A stretch of DNA of 64,000 nucleotides from an uncultured Gammaproteobacteria bacterium (GCA_963976285.1 CAXBJY010000008.1:14414-78413), one strand, 5' to 3'; positions 25,901 to 36,051 are shown, counted from the stretch's first letter. Program-made: numbers and translations. Notes: generated by a model from the letters alone, not told the origin.

Positions 25901-26416
25901 ATGAAACTGAAAACCCTGATCACCACCGCGTTCCTCGCCGCCGCCACCGTGACGAGCGCCCACGCGGAAAACCATGGTCACCATCACATGGCGACCCCGG
26001 CGCAGCAGAACATCGTTGAAATTGCCGCCACGAACGACAGCTTCAAGACGCTTACCGCCGCGGTCACCGCCGCCGGGCTTGCCGACACGCTGCAGGGCGC
26101 GGGACCGTTTACGGTCTTCGCCCCGACCGACGCGGCGTTTGCCGCACTGCCGGCGGGCACGCTCGAGAACTTGTTGAAGCCTGAGAACAAGCAGCAGCTC
26201 GCCGCGATCCTCACCTACCACGTCGTGCCGGGTGCCGTCATGGCACAAGACGTCGTCGGCCTCAGTGAAGCGGCGACCGTCCACGGCAACAGTCTTGCCA
26301 TCAGTGTGATCGACGGTGCCGTCGTGATCGACGACGCGCGGGTCGTGTCGACGGACATCAAGGCATCGAACGGGGTCATTCACGTGATTGACAAAGTCAT
26401 GCTGCCGAAATCCTGA
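25901..26416 (+). CDS. fasciclin (FAS1) domain-containing secreted protein
   Basis: Met 7 of track ORF 25883..26416. [22 protein letters not shown] signal peptide; [15 protein letters not shown]…TYHVVPG…[13 protein letters not shown] (FAS1 H1/H2 boxes). Confidence 0.8.
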   Translation: MKLKTLITTAFLAAATVTSAHAENHGHHHMATPAQQNIVEIAATNDSFKTLTAAVTAAGLADTLQGAGPFTVFAPTDAAFAALPAGTLENLLKPENKQQLAAILTYHVVPGAVMAQDVVGLSEAATVHGNSLAISVIDGAVVIDDARVVSTDIKASNGVIHVIDKVMLPKS

Positions 26417-26438
26417 TCTCCCCCAGCGAAGCTGAGTT

Positions 26439-26467
26439 GGGCCGGCCCGTTCGCCGGCCCTTTTTTT
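26439..26467 (+). terminator. rho-independent terminator after the fasciclin gene
   Basis: GGGCCGGC-CCGTTC-GCCGGCCC stem-loop followed by TTTTTTT (26461-26467). Confidence 0.7.
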
Positions 26468-26480
26468 CGAGGATACCGTT

Positions 26481-26819
26481 ATGAAATACCGTGACGTTTG
26501 GGTCCGGGCACTTGCACCGCTGTGCGTTGCGCCACTCATTCTGGGTTTGCTCCGGCAGCCGGCCAGCGCGCAGCAATTCGACGGCGCCGCCCTCGCGGCC
26601 AGCTGCGCGGCGCACGACTGGACCACGTATATGAACTGCCAGCGTGAACTGCTCGAGGTGCGTCGCGCCGGCGCCTACTGTGTGCCCGGGGCCAACAATG
26701 CCGCGCGCTACCAGCTGGAATTCGTGCGCTTTGCCCGCGACAACCCGGCCGCCGTGAACGGCATACCCGCCGCGGTCGCCGCCGCCACGTACTTCAGCCG
26801 CTATCACGGCTGCGGGTGA
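26481..26819 (+). CDS. secreted Cys-containing hypothetical protein (112 aa)
   Basis: GAGGA SD; MKYRDVWVRALAPLCVAPLILGLLRQPASA signal peptide; four Cys in the mature part. Confidence 0.55.
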   Translation: MKYRDVWVRALAPLCVAPLILGLLRQPASAQQFDGAALAASCAAHDWTTYMNCQRELLEVRRAGAYCVPGANNAARYQLEFVRFARDNPAAVNGIPAAVAAATYFSRYHGCG

Positions 26820-27008
26820 GCCGTGCGTCGCTGCCGTGACTGGCGTTGCTGCGGCGCAGCGGTATACTTTGAAGCCTATGCCGCCATGTTCCCGATCCGC
26901 CACGACACCCCGCGACGCAGTCCGGCACCCGCGTCCGGTCCCTGCCCTCCCCGGCGCCCGAATCCGCACCGCCCCGGATAGCACCTGGCGCTACCCGGCC
27001 ACCGCCCA

Positions 27009-29111
27009 ATGAGTTACATCGTCGCGACGGATGTGGGGGGTACCTGCACCGACACGGTGATCGCATCCGATGACGGCCACATCGAAATCGGCAAAGTGCT
27101 GTCGACCCCGCCGCAGTTCGCGAACGGGGTGCTCGATTCCGTGCGCACGACGGCCGCCGCGATGGGCCTGACGCTCGAGCAACTGCTCGCCGACACGCGG
27201 CTGTTCGTCCACGGCTCGACCGTCGTCGACAATATCCTGCTGACACACAGCGGCACGGCAACGGCGCTGCTGACGACCGCGGGCTTCGAGGATACGCTGC
27301 GCGTCACCCGCGGCGCCTACGGCCGCTGGGCCGGCCTGCCCGAAGACCAGGTGAAGCATCCGGTCGCCACGGACCGCCCGCCGCCGCTCGTCGATATCGC
27401 CGATGTCGTGGGGATCCGTGAACGCATCGATTACCAGGGCGCGGTGGTCGAAGCCCTCGATGAAGTCGCCGCGGAGGCCGCGATCCGCGAATTGCTCGCC
27501 GATGACCGGATCGGCGCGGTCGCGATTTGCCTGTTGTGGTCGTTCCGCAATCCCGCGCATGAAACGACGCTGCGCGACCTCGTACGACGGATCGCACCGG
27601 ATTGTTTCGTCTGCACGTCCGCCGACATCGCGCCGCTGCCGGGCGAATACGAACGCACCTCGACGACCGTGATCAACGCTTACGCCGGCACGGAAACGCA
27701 GCGCTACGTCGAACAGCTGCAGGCGCAACTGCAGGCCGCGGGCTACACCGGGCCGCTGCTCGTGATGCAGGGACACGGCGGGCTCGCGAATGCCCGCGAC
27801 GCCGCGGTCCGCGCCGTGTCGATGATCGAATGCGGTCCCGTCGCCGGTCTCATCGGCAGCCGCCATCTCGGCGAATTGCTCGACGATCGCAGCATCATCG
27901 CCGTCGACATTGGCGGCACGACATCGAAAGTCGGCGTGATCCGCGACGGCGCGCTCGAATACGCGCGCGAACCGATGGTCAACCGCTATCACTATCTCGG
28001 ACCGAAAATCGAAGTCGCCTCGATCGGCGCCGGCGGCGGCAGCATCATCACGCTCGAGGCGGATTCGCTCGCGCCGCGGGTGGGGCCGAAAAGCGCCGGC
28101 GCGAGCCCGGGTCCCGTGTGTTACGGCCGCGGCGGCGAACAGATCACGCTGACCGACGTCCTGCTGCTCGCCGGTTACATGGATCCCGGGCAGTTCCTCG
28201 GCGGTCGCATGCGTCTCGACCTCGAGCGTTGCCGCAGCGAGTTCGCGCGCCAAATCGCCGACCCGCTCGGCATGAGCATCAGCGAAGCCGCGTTCGGGAT
28301 TTTCCGGGTCGCGGCGTCGCAGTTGACGGATCTGATCCACGAGATCACGGTCGAACGCGGGCTCGACCCGCGCGATTATTCGCTGCACGCGTTCGGCGGG
28401 ACGTGTCCGATGCTCGCCGGCGTGTTCGGCGCGGAGCTGAACGTCGCGCGCATCGTCGTGCCGTACACCGCGGCGGTGAACTGCGCGTTCGGCCTCGCCG
28501 CGTCCGACGTCGTGCACGAAATGGCGCTGCCGGTGCTCGTGCCGTTACCGGTCGATCCCGACGCGTTGAACCGGGAATTCGCGCCGCTCGTCGAACGCGG
28601 ACGCGCGGCACTCGCGAGCGAGGGATTCGAGCCCGGGCGGATCCGCATCGAATGCGCCGCGGCGCTGCGCTACGGTTTGCAGGTGCACGAAATCATCACC
28701 CCGCTCGACGTCACCCCGCCGCTCGATGGCGCCGCGCTCGAGCGCCTCGCGGCGACGTTCGAAGCGCTGTACGAACAGCGCTACGGCGCCGGTTCGGCCT
28801 ACCGCGAAGCGGGGATCGAAATCACCGGGCTGCGCGTGACCGCGCGCGGCTTGCTGGAACGTCCGCAATTCGTCACCCGCGACGTCGCCGGGCCGGATTC
28901 CACCGCCGCACAGATCGGTCGCCGCGCGATCTTCGTCGAGGCGGCCAACGATTTCGTCGACTCGCCGATTTACGATTTCACGCAGTTGCTGCCCGGCAAC
29001 GTCGTCGCCGGCCCCGCCGTTATCCACACGCCGGTGACGACGATCGTCGTGCAAGGCGACCAGGTCGCGCGCATCGATGCGACCCTGAACACGATCATCG
29101 AACGGGCCTGA
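27009..29111 (+). CDS. hyuA: hydantoinase A / oxoprolinase family protein (second copy, 700 aa)
   Basis: MSYIVATDVGGTCTDTVIASDD…, IAVDIGGTTSKVGVI…; paralogous to the 15057..17093 gene. Confidence 0.85.
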   Translation: MSYIVATDVGGTCTDTVIASDDGHIEIGKVLSTPPQFANGVLDSVRTTAAAMGLTLEQLLADTRLFVHGSTVVDNILLTHSGTATALLTTAGFEDTLRVTRGAYGRWAGLPEDQVKHPVATDRPPPLVDIADVVGIRERIDYQGAVVEALDEVAAEAAIRELLADDRIGAVAICLLWSFRNPAHETTLRDLVRRIAPDCFVCTSADIAPLPGEYERTSTTVINAYAGTETQRYVEQLQAQLQAAGYTGPLLVMQGHGGLANARDAAVRAVSMIECGPVAGLIGSRHLGELLDDRSIIAVDIGGTTSKVGVIRDGALEYAREPMVNRYHYLGPKIEVASIGAGGGSIITLEADSLAPRVGPKSAGASPGPVCYGRGGEQITLTDVLLLAGYMDPGQFLGGRMRLDLERCRSEFARQIADPLGMSISEAAFGIFRVAASQLTDLIHEITVERGLDPRDYSLHAFGGTCPMLAGVFGAELNVARIVVPYTAAVNCAFGLAASDVVHEMALPVLVPLPVDPDALNREFAPLVERGRAALASEGFEPGRIRIECAAALRYGLQVHEIITPLDVTPPLDGAALERLAATFEALYEQRYGAGSAYREAGIEITGLRVTARGLLERPQFVTRDVAGPDSTAAQIGRRAIFVEAANDFVDSPIYDFTQLLPGNVVAGPAVIHTPVTTIVVQGDQVARIDATLNTIIERA

Positions 29112-29115
29112 ATCC

Positions 29116-31161
29116 ATGGATCCGATCACGTTTTCGATCATTCGCCACCGCCTGTTCCGGATCGTCGACGAGGCCGTGATCACGCTGAAGAACGTGTCCG
29201 GCAGCGCGATCACGAACGAGGGTCACGACCTCATGGTGTCGCTGTACCGCGCGGACGGTTCGCTGCTCATGGGCGGGGTCGGATTCCTGCACCATCTCAC
29301 GAGCGCCGCCGAGGCCTGCCAGTCGATCATCCGTCGCTTCAAGGGTCGCATCGAACCCGGTGACGTCTACCTGCTGAACGATCCGTACACCGCCGCGCTG
29401 CACACCTCGGACGTGTATCTCGTGGCCCCGATCCACGTCGGCGACGAACTCGTCGCCTGGAGCGCGTGTTTCGTCCACGTCTACGACATCGGGGCGAAGA
29501 ATCCCGGCGGTTTCTGCCCCGATGCCGACAGCATTTATATCGAGGGCTTCAGCTCGCCGGGGATCCGCCTCGTGCGGCGCGGCGAAATCAACCGCGACGT
29601 GTTCGATACGCTCATGAACATGGTGCGCTCGCCGGAAATGGTCGCGCTCGACATCTCCTCGATGATCGCGTGCAACAACGTCGCCCGCGAACGCATGGTC
29701 GCGCTCGTCGAGAAATACGGCGCCGCGACCGTCGACGCCGCGTGCTCGGCCCTGATCGAGAATTCCGAAACGAAACTGCGCGAACGCCTGCGGAGCCTGC
29801 CGGACGGCCAGTGGCGCTCGCGCCAGTACCTGAACGTCGGCGAGGACATCTCGCGCATTTGCCTCACGATGACGAAGCGCGACGACGAACTGCACTTCGA
29901 TTTCACGGGTTCGAGCGCGCAGAGCCCGTATGCCGTGAACTGCACGCAATGGGCCTCGCTCGGCGGCCTGTTCGCGCCGCTGTTCCCGCTGCTGTGTTAC
30001 GACATCACGTGGAACGAAGGCGTGATCCGGCCGATCCGCATGACCGCCCCGGCCGGTTCGATCGTGAACTGCACGCGCCCGGCGCCGGTGTCCGTCGCCA
30101 CGGTCGGCGCGATCCAGTCCGTGAACAATGCCGCGTGCGCGACGATCGGCAAGCTGCTCGCCACGAGCGATGAGTACCGGCGCGAAGCGACGGCGGTGTG
30201 GCATGCGAACCATTTCGCGATATTCAAATTCGGCCGCAACCAGCACGGGCGTGATGCGATCGGGATCCTGACGGAAACGTTCGCCGGCGCCGGCGGCGCG
30301 CGCACGTTCGCCGACGGGATCGATGTCGGCGGCGAGATCCCGAATCCGATTTCACGCATGGCTAATGTTGAAACGATCGAAAACCTGTTTCCGATCCGCT
30401 ACCGCTATCGCCGCCTCAGAACGGATTCCGGCGGCGCCGGACGCTATCGCGGCGGCGCCGGTATGGAACTCGCGATCACGGCGCACGATGCGCCGGACGG
30501 CGGCATCCACTACGTCGTCTCCGGCAAGGGCGCAGCGTTCCCGATGAGCGACGGCCTCGGCGGCGGCTACCCGGGCGCGCCGAACGCGTATTACTGGCAC
30601 GCCGCGGACGGTACGACGCAAGCCGTGGACTGGGGCGTATTTCCGCTGTTCGGCGAGGACGCGCTCGAAGTGCGCTGGAATGGCGGCGGCGGGGTTGGTG
30701 ACCCGTTGCAGCGCGACCCGCGCGCCGTGGCCCGCGACGTCACGGCCGGCCTCGTGTCCGGCGATGCCGCGCGCGAGTTGTACGGGGTCGTCATCGCGGG
30801 CGCGGACGTCGATGCCGCGGCGACGACGGCGGCCCGGGCCGCGATCCGCGCCAGCCGGCTCGGCGGCACCGCACCGGAGGCGAACGACCCAGTCCCTGAT
30901 GCCGCGATCGTCTTCGATGGCAAAACGGTTGCCTGCGCCGCCTGCGGGCAGCATCTCGCCGATCCGGGCAGCGCGTGGAAGACCGCTGCGCGGCAGGTCG
31001 CACGCACGATGTCCGGCGTGATACCCGCCTATACGACGATCGCGGCGGTGAGCTTGCGCGAATTCGTCTGCCCGGGCTGCGCCACCGTGCTCGACACCGA
31101 AACCGTGTGCGACAACGATCCCCCCTTACTCGATTACCTTGGAGTCATTCCCGATGCATGA
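29116..31161 (+). CDS. hyuB: hydantoinase B family protein (second copy, 681 aa) with ~100-aa C-terminal Zn-ribbon-like extension
   Basis: MDPITFSIIRHRLFRIVDEAVITLKN…DPYTAALHTSDVYL… = HyuB. The tail …GKTVACAACGQHLADPGSAWK…REFVCPGCATVLDTETVCD carries CxxC…CxxC, absent from the 575-aa paralog. Confidence 0.85.
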   Translation: MDPITFSIIRHRLFRIVDEAVITLKNVSGSAITNEGHDLMVSLYRADGSLLMGGVGFLHHLTSAAEACQSIIRRFKGRIEPGDVYLLNDPYTAALHTSDVYLVAPIHVGDELVAWSACFVHVYDIGAKNPGGFCPDADSIYIEGFSSPGIRLVRRGEINRDVFDTLMNMVRSPEMVALDISSMIACNNVARERMVALVEKYGAATVDAACSALIENSETKLRERLRSLPDGQWRSRQYLNVGEDISRICLTMTKRDDELHFDFTGSSAQSPYAVNCTQWASLGGLFAPLFPLLCYDITWNEGVIRPIRMTAPAGSIVNCTRPAPVSVATVGAIQSVNNAACATIGKLLATSDEYRREATAVWHANHFAIFKFGRNQHGRDAIGILTETFAGAGGARTFADGIDVGGEIPNPISRMANVETIENLFPIRYRYRRLRTDSGGAGRYRGGAGMELAITAHDAPDGGIHYVVSGKGAAFPMSDGLGGGYPGAPNAYYWHAADGTTQAVDWGVFPLFGEDALEVRWNGGGGVGDPLQRDPRAVARDVTAGLVSGDAARELYGVVIAGADVDAAATTAARAAIRASRLGGTAPEANDPVPDAAIVFDGKTVACAACGQHLADPGSAWKTAARQVARTMSGVIPAYTTIAAVSLREFVCPGCATVLDTETVCDNDPPLLDYLGVIPDA

Positions 31162-31834
31162 TGCCGATGTCGGTGCGGATATCGTCGAGCGCGTCATGGC
31201 GCGCCGCGGCCGCTACCATATTTATGATCAGATCGAGGCCGCGAAATCCGCCCTGATCGTCGTCGATATGCAGAACGCGTTCTGCAAGCCGGGCGCGCCG
31301 GCGGAAGTCCCGGCCTCGCGCGGTATCGTCGCGAACATCAACGCGCTCGCGAAGACCCTGCGCGGCGCGGGCGGGCAGGTGATCTGGATCGTCAGCGTGT
31401 TCGATGCCCGCAGCGGCCGCAGCGACTGGGAAAACTTCTTCAATCACATCGTCGCCGCGGACGTGCGCGAGCGCACGATGGCGAACATGGCGCCCGGCGG
31501 TGACGGCACGTTCCTGTGGCACGAAATGGACGACCACGACGAGGACAGCCTGATCGAGAAGAACCGCTACAGCTGTTTCGCGCCCGGCGCTTCCCAGCTC
31601 GAACGCATCCTGCGCAGCCGCGGGGTCGAGACCGTGATCATTACCGGGACGAAAACGAATATCTGCTGCGAGACGACGGCGCGCGCCGCGTTCGACATGG
31701 ATTTCAACGTCATCATGGCGAGCGATTGCTGCGCGGCCCTGTCCGATCGCGAACACGTCGCCGCGCTCGAAAACATCATTCAGCAATTCGGTGATGTGAT
31801 GACGAGCGAGGAGATCGCTGAACGCCTCGCGTAA
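31154..31834 (+). CDS. isochorismatase-family cysteine hydrolase (N-carbamoylsarcosine amidase-like)
   Basis: Met 6 of track ORF 31139..31834 with GGAG SD. …SALIVVDMQNAFCKPG… (Asp), …TGTKTNICCETTARAAFDMDFNVIM… (catalytic Cys within an isochorismatase-like fold). 8-nt overlap with hyuB. Confidence 0.75.
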   Translation: MHDADVGADIVERVMARRGRYHIYDQIEAAKSALIVVDMQNAFCKPGAPAEVPASRGIVANINALAKTLRGAGGQVIWIVSVFDARSGRSDWENFFNHIVAADVRERTMANMAPGGDGTFLWHEMDDHDEDSLIEKNRYSCFAPGASQLERILRSRGVETVIITGTKTNICCETTARAAFDMDFNVIMASDCCAALSDREHVAALENIIQQFGDVMTSEEIAERLA

Positions 31835-32021
31835 GCGACGCCAGCGAATACGCGCAGCACCCGGCTGACGGATACTGCCGCGAGCCACGATCCGTCGTTC
31901 GCATGCGCAGCGCCACCGGGCACCCCGGAGTGCGCGGGCTCCCGACGCGGGGACAGGGCCGGCGCTTAAGAGCAACCGTGAAGTCACGCCGCCGTCGCCG
32001 CGCGGCCCGTCGCACCCGGGA

Positions 32022-32858
32022 TCAGAACTGGTAGATCAGGCCCGTGCTCGCGCTCAGCTGGTTCGCATCGCCGAGCCTGGCGGTGAGCGGACTGTCCGCG
32101 GCGTCGCCGAGGAGACGTTCGTAATTGAGCACCGCCACGAGCGCGAGGCCGCGCCACAGCGGCAGCCGGGACGAGAGCGAAAAGCCGACGTCCCGGATCC
32201 CGGCAGTCGCCCGGAACGGCCGCAGGCCGGAACGCGCCGCCTGGCGTGCGGTGATCCCGAAATAGCTGCTCGTGTAATCCTGATCGGCCCACGTCGCCTT
32301 GCCCATGAGCAGGAACCAGGGGCGGTCGAACGGCACCTGCACCCCGGCCCCCATTTCGACCACGGCGCCATTGTGGCCACCGCCGACGTCGTGCACGGCG
32401 GTCAGGCGCAAGCGGTACGGGCCGGTTCGATAGCGCGCAAACCCGCCCACCTCGAGCGCGCGGTCGTCATCACCGAGGCCCCGCAGATCGTCGTTGTCAT
32501 CCTCGTCGCGCCCCCCGCGCAGGCGCGCGACGGGACCCACGCTGAAGCCCTGCCGATCGAAAATCCGCGCACGGACGGAACGACCACCGAGCACGATCGT
32601 GTCTTTCCAGTTGATGCGGAAGTACGGCGCGAGGCTCGTGTCGTAGTCGTCCGAACCCGCGTAGTCGGGGTGGACAGCGCCGAGCAGGCCGACCCGGATG
32701 TCCCAGACTTCCGGCTCCAGCGGCGCCTCGATCCCCGGGGTATCGTCGAGTGGATCGACGTTGCGCAACACCGCAACCTGATCCGGATCGTCACTTGCGG
32801 TGCACGTTCCGGTTAGCAGCAGCAACAGGATCGGATAGTAGCGGCACTTGAAATTCAT
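32022..32858 (-). CDS. MipA/OmpV family outer-membrane protein
   Basis: Met 12 of track ORF (MNFKCRYYPILLLLLTGTCTA signal peptide); beta-barrel-like alternating pattern; C-terminal …STGLIYQF aromatic terminus. Confidence 0.7.
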   Translation of the reverse strand: MNFKCRYYPILLLLLTGTCTASDDPDQVAVLRNVDPLDDTPGIEAPLEPEVWDIRVGLLGAVHPDYAGSDDYDTSLAPYFRINWKDTIVLGGRSVRARIFDRQGFSVGPVARLRGGRDEDDNDDLRGLGDDDRALEVGGFARYRTGPYRLRLTAVHDVGGGHNGAVVEMGAGVQVPFDRPWFLLMGKATWADQDYTSSYFGITARQAARSGLRPFRATAGIRDVGFSLSSRLPLWRGLALVAVLNYERLLGDAADSPLTARLGDANQLSASTGLIYQF

Positions 32859-33179
32859 TCTAGAATTATTCTGCTTTAGTGATGCAAGCATCTGATTGTA
32901 ATAAATTTCGCGTTACGATTCTTGTGCTACTTAAAGTTGATTCGAGCTTATTCAGGTACCCACCGGGGGCCCGCGGCGGCCCCGGCATGCAGAATCCCGC
33001 CGCCCGGGCTCCGAATCCCGGCACCGGCGCCGTCGCGGGGCCGGGCAGCGTTGGCGGGACCCGAGCAGGCATCGCCCGCTTGCTGCGGGCGATTCACGAT
33101 TAATCATTCAACCCACTGATACTACGGGTATTCGCGATCGGGGTGAGCCGACACTTAACGTGTTTTCGAGATCGCGGGC

Positions 33180-33944
33180 TCAGCCGATCATCGTCAGTCC
33201 GCCGGAGACACTGAGCACCTGTCCGGTGATATAGCCGGCATCGTCACTGGCAAAGAACGCGACCGCGCCGGGCAGGTCACCGGGCTCGCCGAGCCGACCC
33301 ATCGGCACGGAGCGGCGGAACGCTTCCCGCAACTTGTCGGGGTTGCTCACGTCGGCCATGAACGATTCGAACAGCGGTGTCTCCGTCGCCCCGGGGCACA
33401 CGACGTTGAACGTGATGTTGTGCCGCGAGTGTTCACGCGCGAGTGATTTCGACAGGGCCATGAGCCCGGCCTTGCAACCCGAGTAGACGGCTTCGCCGGA
33501 CGAGCCGCCACGACCGGCGTCCGAGGCGATGCTGACGACCCGCCCACCGCCGCCCGCGATCAGCAACGGTAACGCACTATGTAACACGTTCAGCGGCGCG
33601 CGGTAGTTGATATCGATCACGCGGGACCAGAAGTCCGGGGTCGTGTCGACAAACGGGATGAACTGATCCCAGCCGGCGTTGTTGATCACGATGTCGAGAC
33701 CCTGTGCCGCATGGGTCGCCCCGATCGCGGCCTTGACCGCGGCGTGATCCGTCAGGTCGACGGTCACGGCCCCGGCGCGACCACCGGCGTCGCGAATCGC
33801 GGCCGCGGTGGCCTCGGCCGTGTCGCCGTTGATGTCGTAGATCGCGACCGCTACCCCTTCCTCGCCAAACCGTTTCGCGATTGCCTGGCCGATGCCGCTG
33901 CCGGCGCCCGTGATGATTGCCGATTTGCCGTCGAGTCCGCGCAT
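33180..33944 (-). CDS. SDR family oxidoreductase (3-oxoacyl-ACP reductase-like)
   Basis: KSAIITGAGSGIGQAIAKRF (TGxxxGxG), NNAG, YSGCKAGLMALSKSLA (YxxxK). Confidence 0.8.
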   Translation of the reverse strand: MRGLDGKSAIITGAGSGIGQAIAKRFGEEGVAVAIYDINGDTAEATAAAIRDAGGRAGAVTVDLTDHAAVKAAIGATHAAQGLDIVINNAGWDQFIPFVDTTPDFWSRVIDINYRAPLNVLHSALPLLIAGGGGRVVSIASDAGRGGSSGEAVYSGCKAGLMALSKSLAREHSRHNITFNVVCPGATETPLFESFMADVSNPDKLREAFRRSVPMGRLGEPGDLPGAVAFFASDDAGYITGQVLSVSGGLTMIG

Positions 33945-34157
33945 GTTTTGTCCCCGTGTGATTCAGTTGATGTTGTCACGGTCATTCTAAAGACGCGTTC
34001 CGGCTTCCGAAACCAGCGGGTGGCGCGCGCGGATCACCGGTGACGTCGCCCGCGGGATTGCGCCCGCCCGGTTCGGGACAGCGCCGCCGCGGGATCCGAT
34101 GACGGATCAGCCGCGCCGGTTCGTTCCGCGCCGGGCGCGGCCGGTTCGGCGCAGCGC

Positions 34158-35057
34158 TCAGTCGGAGTCGCTGAACGCCTCGACGAGATAATCGACGAAA
34201 CTGCGGACCTTCGTGGCGAGAAACTCGCGATGCGGATACACCGCGTGGATCGGACGACTCGGCACGGCGTACGCGCGCAGGATGGCGACGAGGCGCCCGG
34301 CGGCGAGATCCTCGCGCACGATGTATTCCGGCAGGTGCACGATCCCGCGTCCCGCGATGGCGGCGATGCGCAACGCATCACCCTGGTTCGACACCATCGG
34401 GCCGGACACGCGCACGGTTTCCCGCGTACTGCCGCTGCCGAAACGCCAGTCGCCGTGGTTGCGCTGGACGCTTTCCGCGAACACGAGGCACGCATGATCG
34501 GCGAGCGCCGCGGGGCTGTCGGGCTCGCCATGGGCCTCGAGATACGCCGGCGCGGCGCACGTGATCATCGACGCCTCGCCGAGACGGCGCGCGACGAGGC
34601 CCGAGTCATCGAGTTCGCCGATGTGGATCGCAACATCGAAACCCTCGTCGATCAGATTCACGCTGCGATCGGTCAGCAGCAGGTGTACGTCGACGTCCGG
34701 GTACCGGGTCATATAACGCGCGATGCGGTGGGACAAATGAAACAGGCCGAACGAGGTTGGCGCGGCCACCGCGAGCCGCCCGGTCGGCGTCGTCGTCAGA
34801 TCGCCCATATGGTTCGCGACCTCGGCGAGCGCTTCGAGCAGCGGACTCACCTCGCGGCGATACGCCGCGCCGGCATCGGTCAGGTGAATCGCGCGGGTCG
34901 AACGGTTGAACAGGCGCACGCCGAGCGTGGCCTCGAGCGCCTGGACGTGTTTCGACACCATCGCGCGGGACATGCCGAGTTCCTCCGCCGTGCGGGAAAA
35001 GCTCCCGTTGCGCGCGATGGCAAGGAAGACCTCGATACTGGTGATGCGGTCGAGCAT
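34158..35057 (-). CDS. LysR family transcriptional regulator
   Basis: MLDRITSIEVFLAIARNGSFSRTAEELGMSRAMVSKHVQALEATLGVRLFNRSTR = LysR HTH; C-terminal substrate-binding domain. Divergent from the SnoaL-like gene. Confidence 0.85.
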   Translation of the reverse strand: MLDRITSIEVFLAIARNGSFSRTAEELGMSRAMVSKHVQALEATLGVRLFNRSTRAIHLTDAGAAYRREVSPLLEALAEVANHMGDLTTTPTGRLAVAAPTSFGLFHLSHRIARYMTRYPDVDVHLLLTDRSVNLIDEGFDVAIHIGELDDSGLVARRLGEASMITCAAPAYLEAHGEPDSPAALADHACLVFAESVQRNHGDWRFGSGSTRETVRVSGPMVSNQGDALRIAAIAGRGIVHLPEYIVREDLAAGRLVAILRAYAVPSRPIHAVYPHREFLATKVRSFVDYLVEAFSDSD

Positions 35058-35197
35058 GACTGTTTTCTCGCAGTAAACGGTGTGTTTCGTCGACGGCCCT
35101 AGATGAATTTCTCCGCGGCACTATATTTGATGCATCGCAGCAAAACTACCGCGCAGCTGCCGCAAGGTCACCATTTCAAGTCTTAGGAGAAACCCTG

Positions 35198-35662
35198 ATG
35201 AACAAGCGATCAAGGCATTTCGTTGCCGCCGTGCTGGCCACAGCATCCCTCGCCACCGAGGCGACCGACTTCGGTTGTCCCGCCGGTGGTGCCGCCGAGC
35301 GCCTCGCCGCGGCGACGACGATCCGCTGGCTCGACGCCGCGCAAAGTGGCAACCCGCAGGCGCTGGCCGAACTGTATACGGAAAACGCGGTGCTGATGCC
35401 GCCGACCGACGAGACGATCGTCGGCCGCGCGCCAATCGCCCGCTACCTCGCCGAGGGCCCCGGGGCGACGAGCCTGCATGGTTATACCGTCGACATCGTC
35501 GGCTGTGATCTGCGCGGCGATACGCTCGAAATCGCCGGCGTGTGGGGGGTCGACCCCGCGCACCCGGATCCGCGGCCGGGCTTGCGCACGGGCAACGTGA
35601 TGCGGGTGGCGAACCGCCAGGCGGATGGCAGCTGGGCGCTGAAGTACGAGATCTGGAACTGA
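35198..35662 (+). CDS. secreted NTF2-like/SnoaL-like (DUF4440-type) protein
   Basis: AGGAGA SD; signal peptide MNKRSRHFVAAVLATASLATEA; …WLDAAQSGNPQALAELYTENAVLMPP… typical NTF2-like fold. Confidence 0.6.
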   Translation: MNKRSRHFVAAVLATASLATEATDFGCPAGGAAERLAAATTIRWLDAAQSGNPQALAELYTENAVLMPPTDETIVGRAPIARYLAEGPGATSLHGYTVDIVGCDLRGDTLEIAGVWGVDPAHPDPRPGLRTGNVMRVANRQADGSWALKYEIWN

Positions 35663-35724
35663 CCCGGTGTGCGTAAATCTGCAGCCCTGTGGCTTCGGGA
35701 GCGGAACCACGGTCTCCACCCCAT

Positions 35725-35751
35725 CCCTTCCCCTCGATTTGAGGGGAAGGG
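35725..35751. terminator. GC-rich hairpin CCCTTCCCCTC-GATTT-GAGGGGAAGGG (11-bp perfect stem, no U-tract) 60 nt after the SnoaL-like gene
   Basis: Perfect inverted repeat seen directly; a related hairpin occurs at 53120-53145. Confidence 0.4.
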
Positions 35752-36051
35752 TACCGGGCTCATCAAAGTCGGTGTTGCATAATTTTTGACCACGTATTCA
35801 GCCCATCGGGATCGCGCCGCCGGTGTCAGCGCCCGCGCGTGCCCGCCGGCCGCGTGCGCTGACGCAGCGTCGCAACGCCCGGGTTCGCGCCTTGCGGGCA
35901 CGGGCTCGCGGCGGCTTACCCCGCCGCGGACGCCACGGGCGCACGACACAAGACCCCGGTCGTCGCGACTCGCGCAGCCGCGACGTCGGCGGACGTGCCC
36001 GGCCAGGCCCCGATGATTGCGGGATCCAGCCCGCGTCATTAGCATCGCCGC

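Noticed and set aside
26940-26970. Similarity between CCGAATCCGCACCGCC (upstream of hyuA at 27009) and CCGAATCCCGGCACCGGCGCC (about 33010-33030, in the mipA leader region)
   Set aside because: Short GC-rich match in a 68% GC genome, different contexts and orientation relative to the genes. Most likely chance. Kept only as a note.
32859-33179. Long (about 320-nt) structured GC-rich leader upstream of mipA, considered as a riboswitch/ncRNA
   Set aside because: Contains hairpins (for example CGCCCGC-AGCAA-GCGGGCG at about 33075-33093) but no motif matching a known riboswitch class that I can recognise. More parsimoniously the terminator of the upstream SDR gene plus the mipA promoter/5' UTR.
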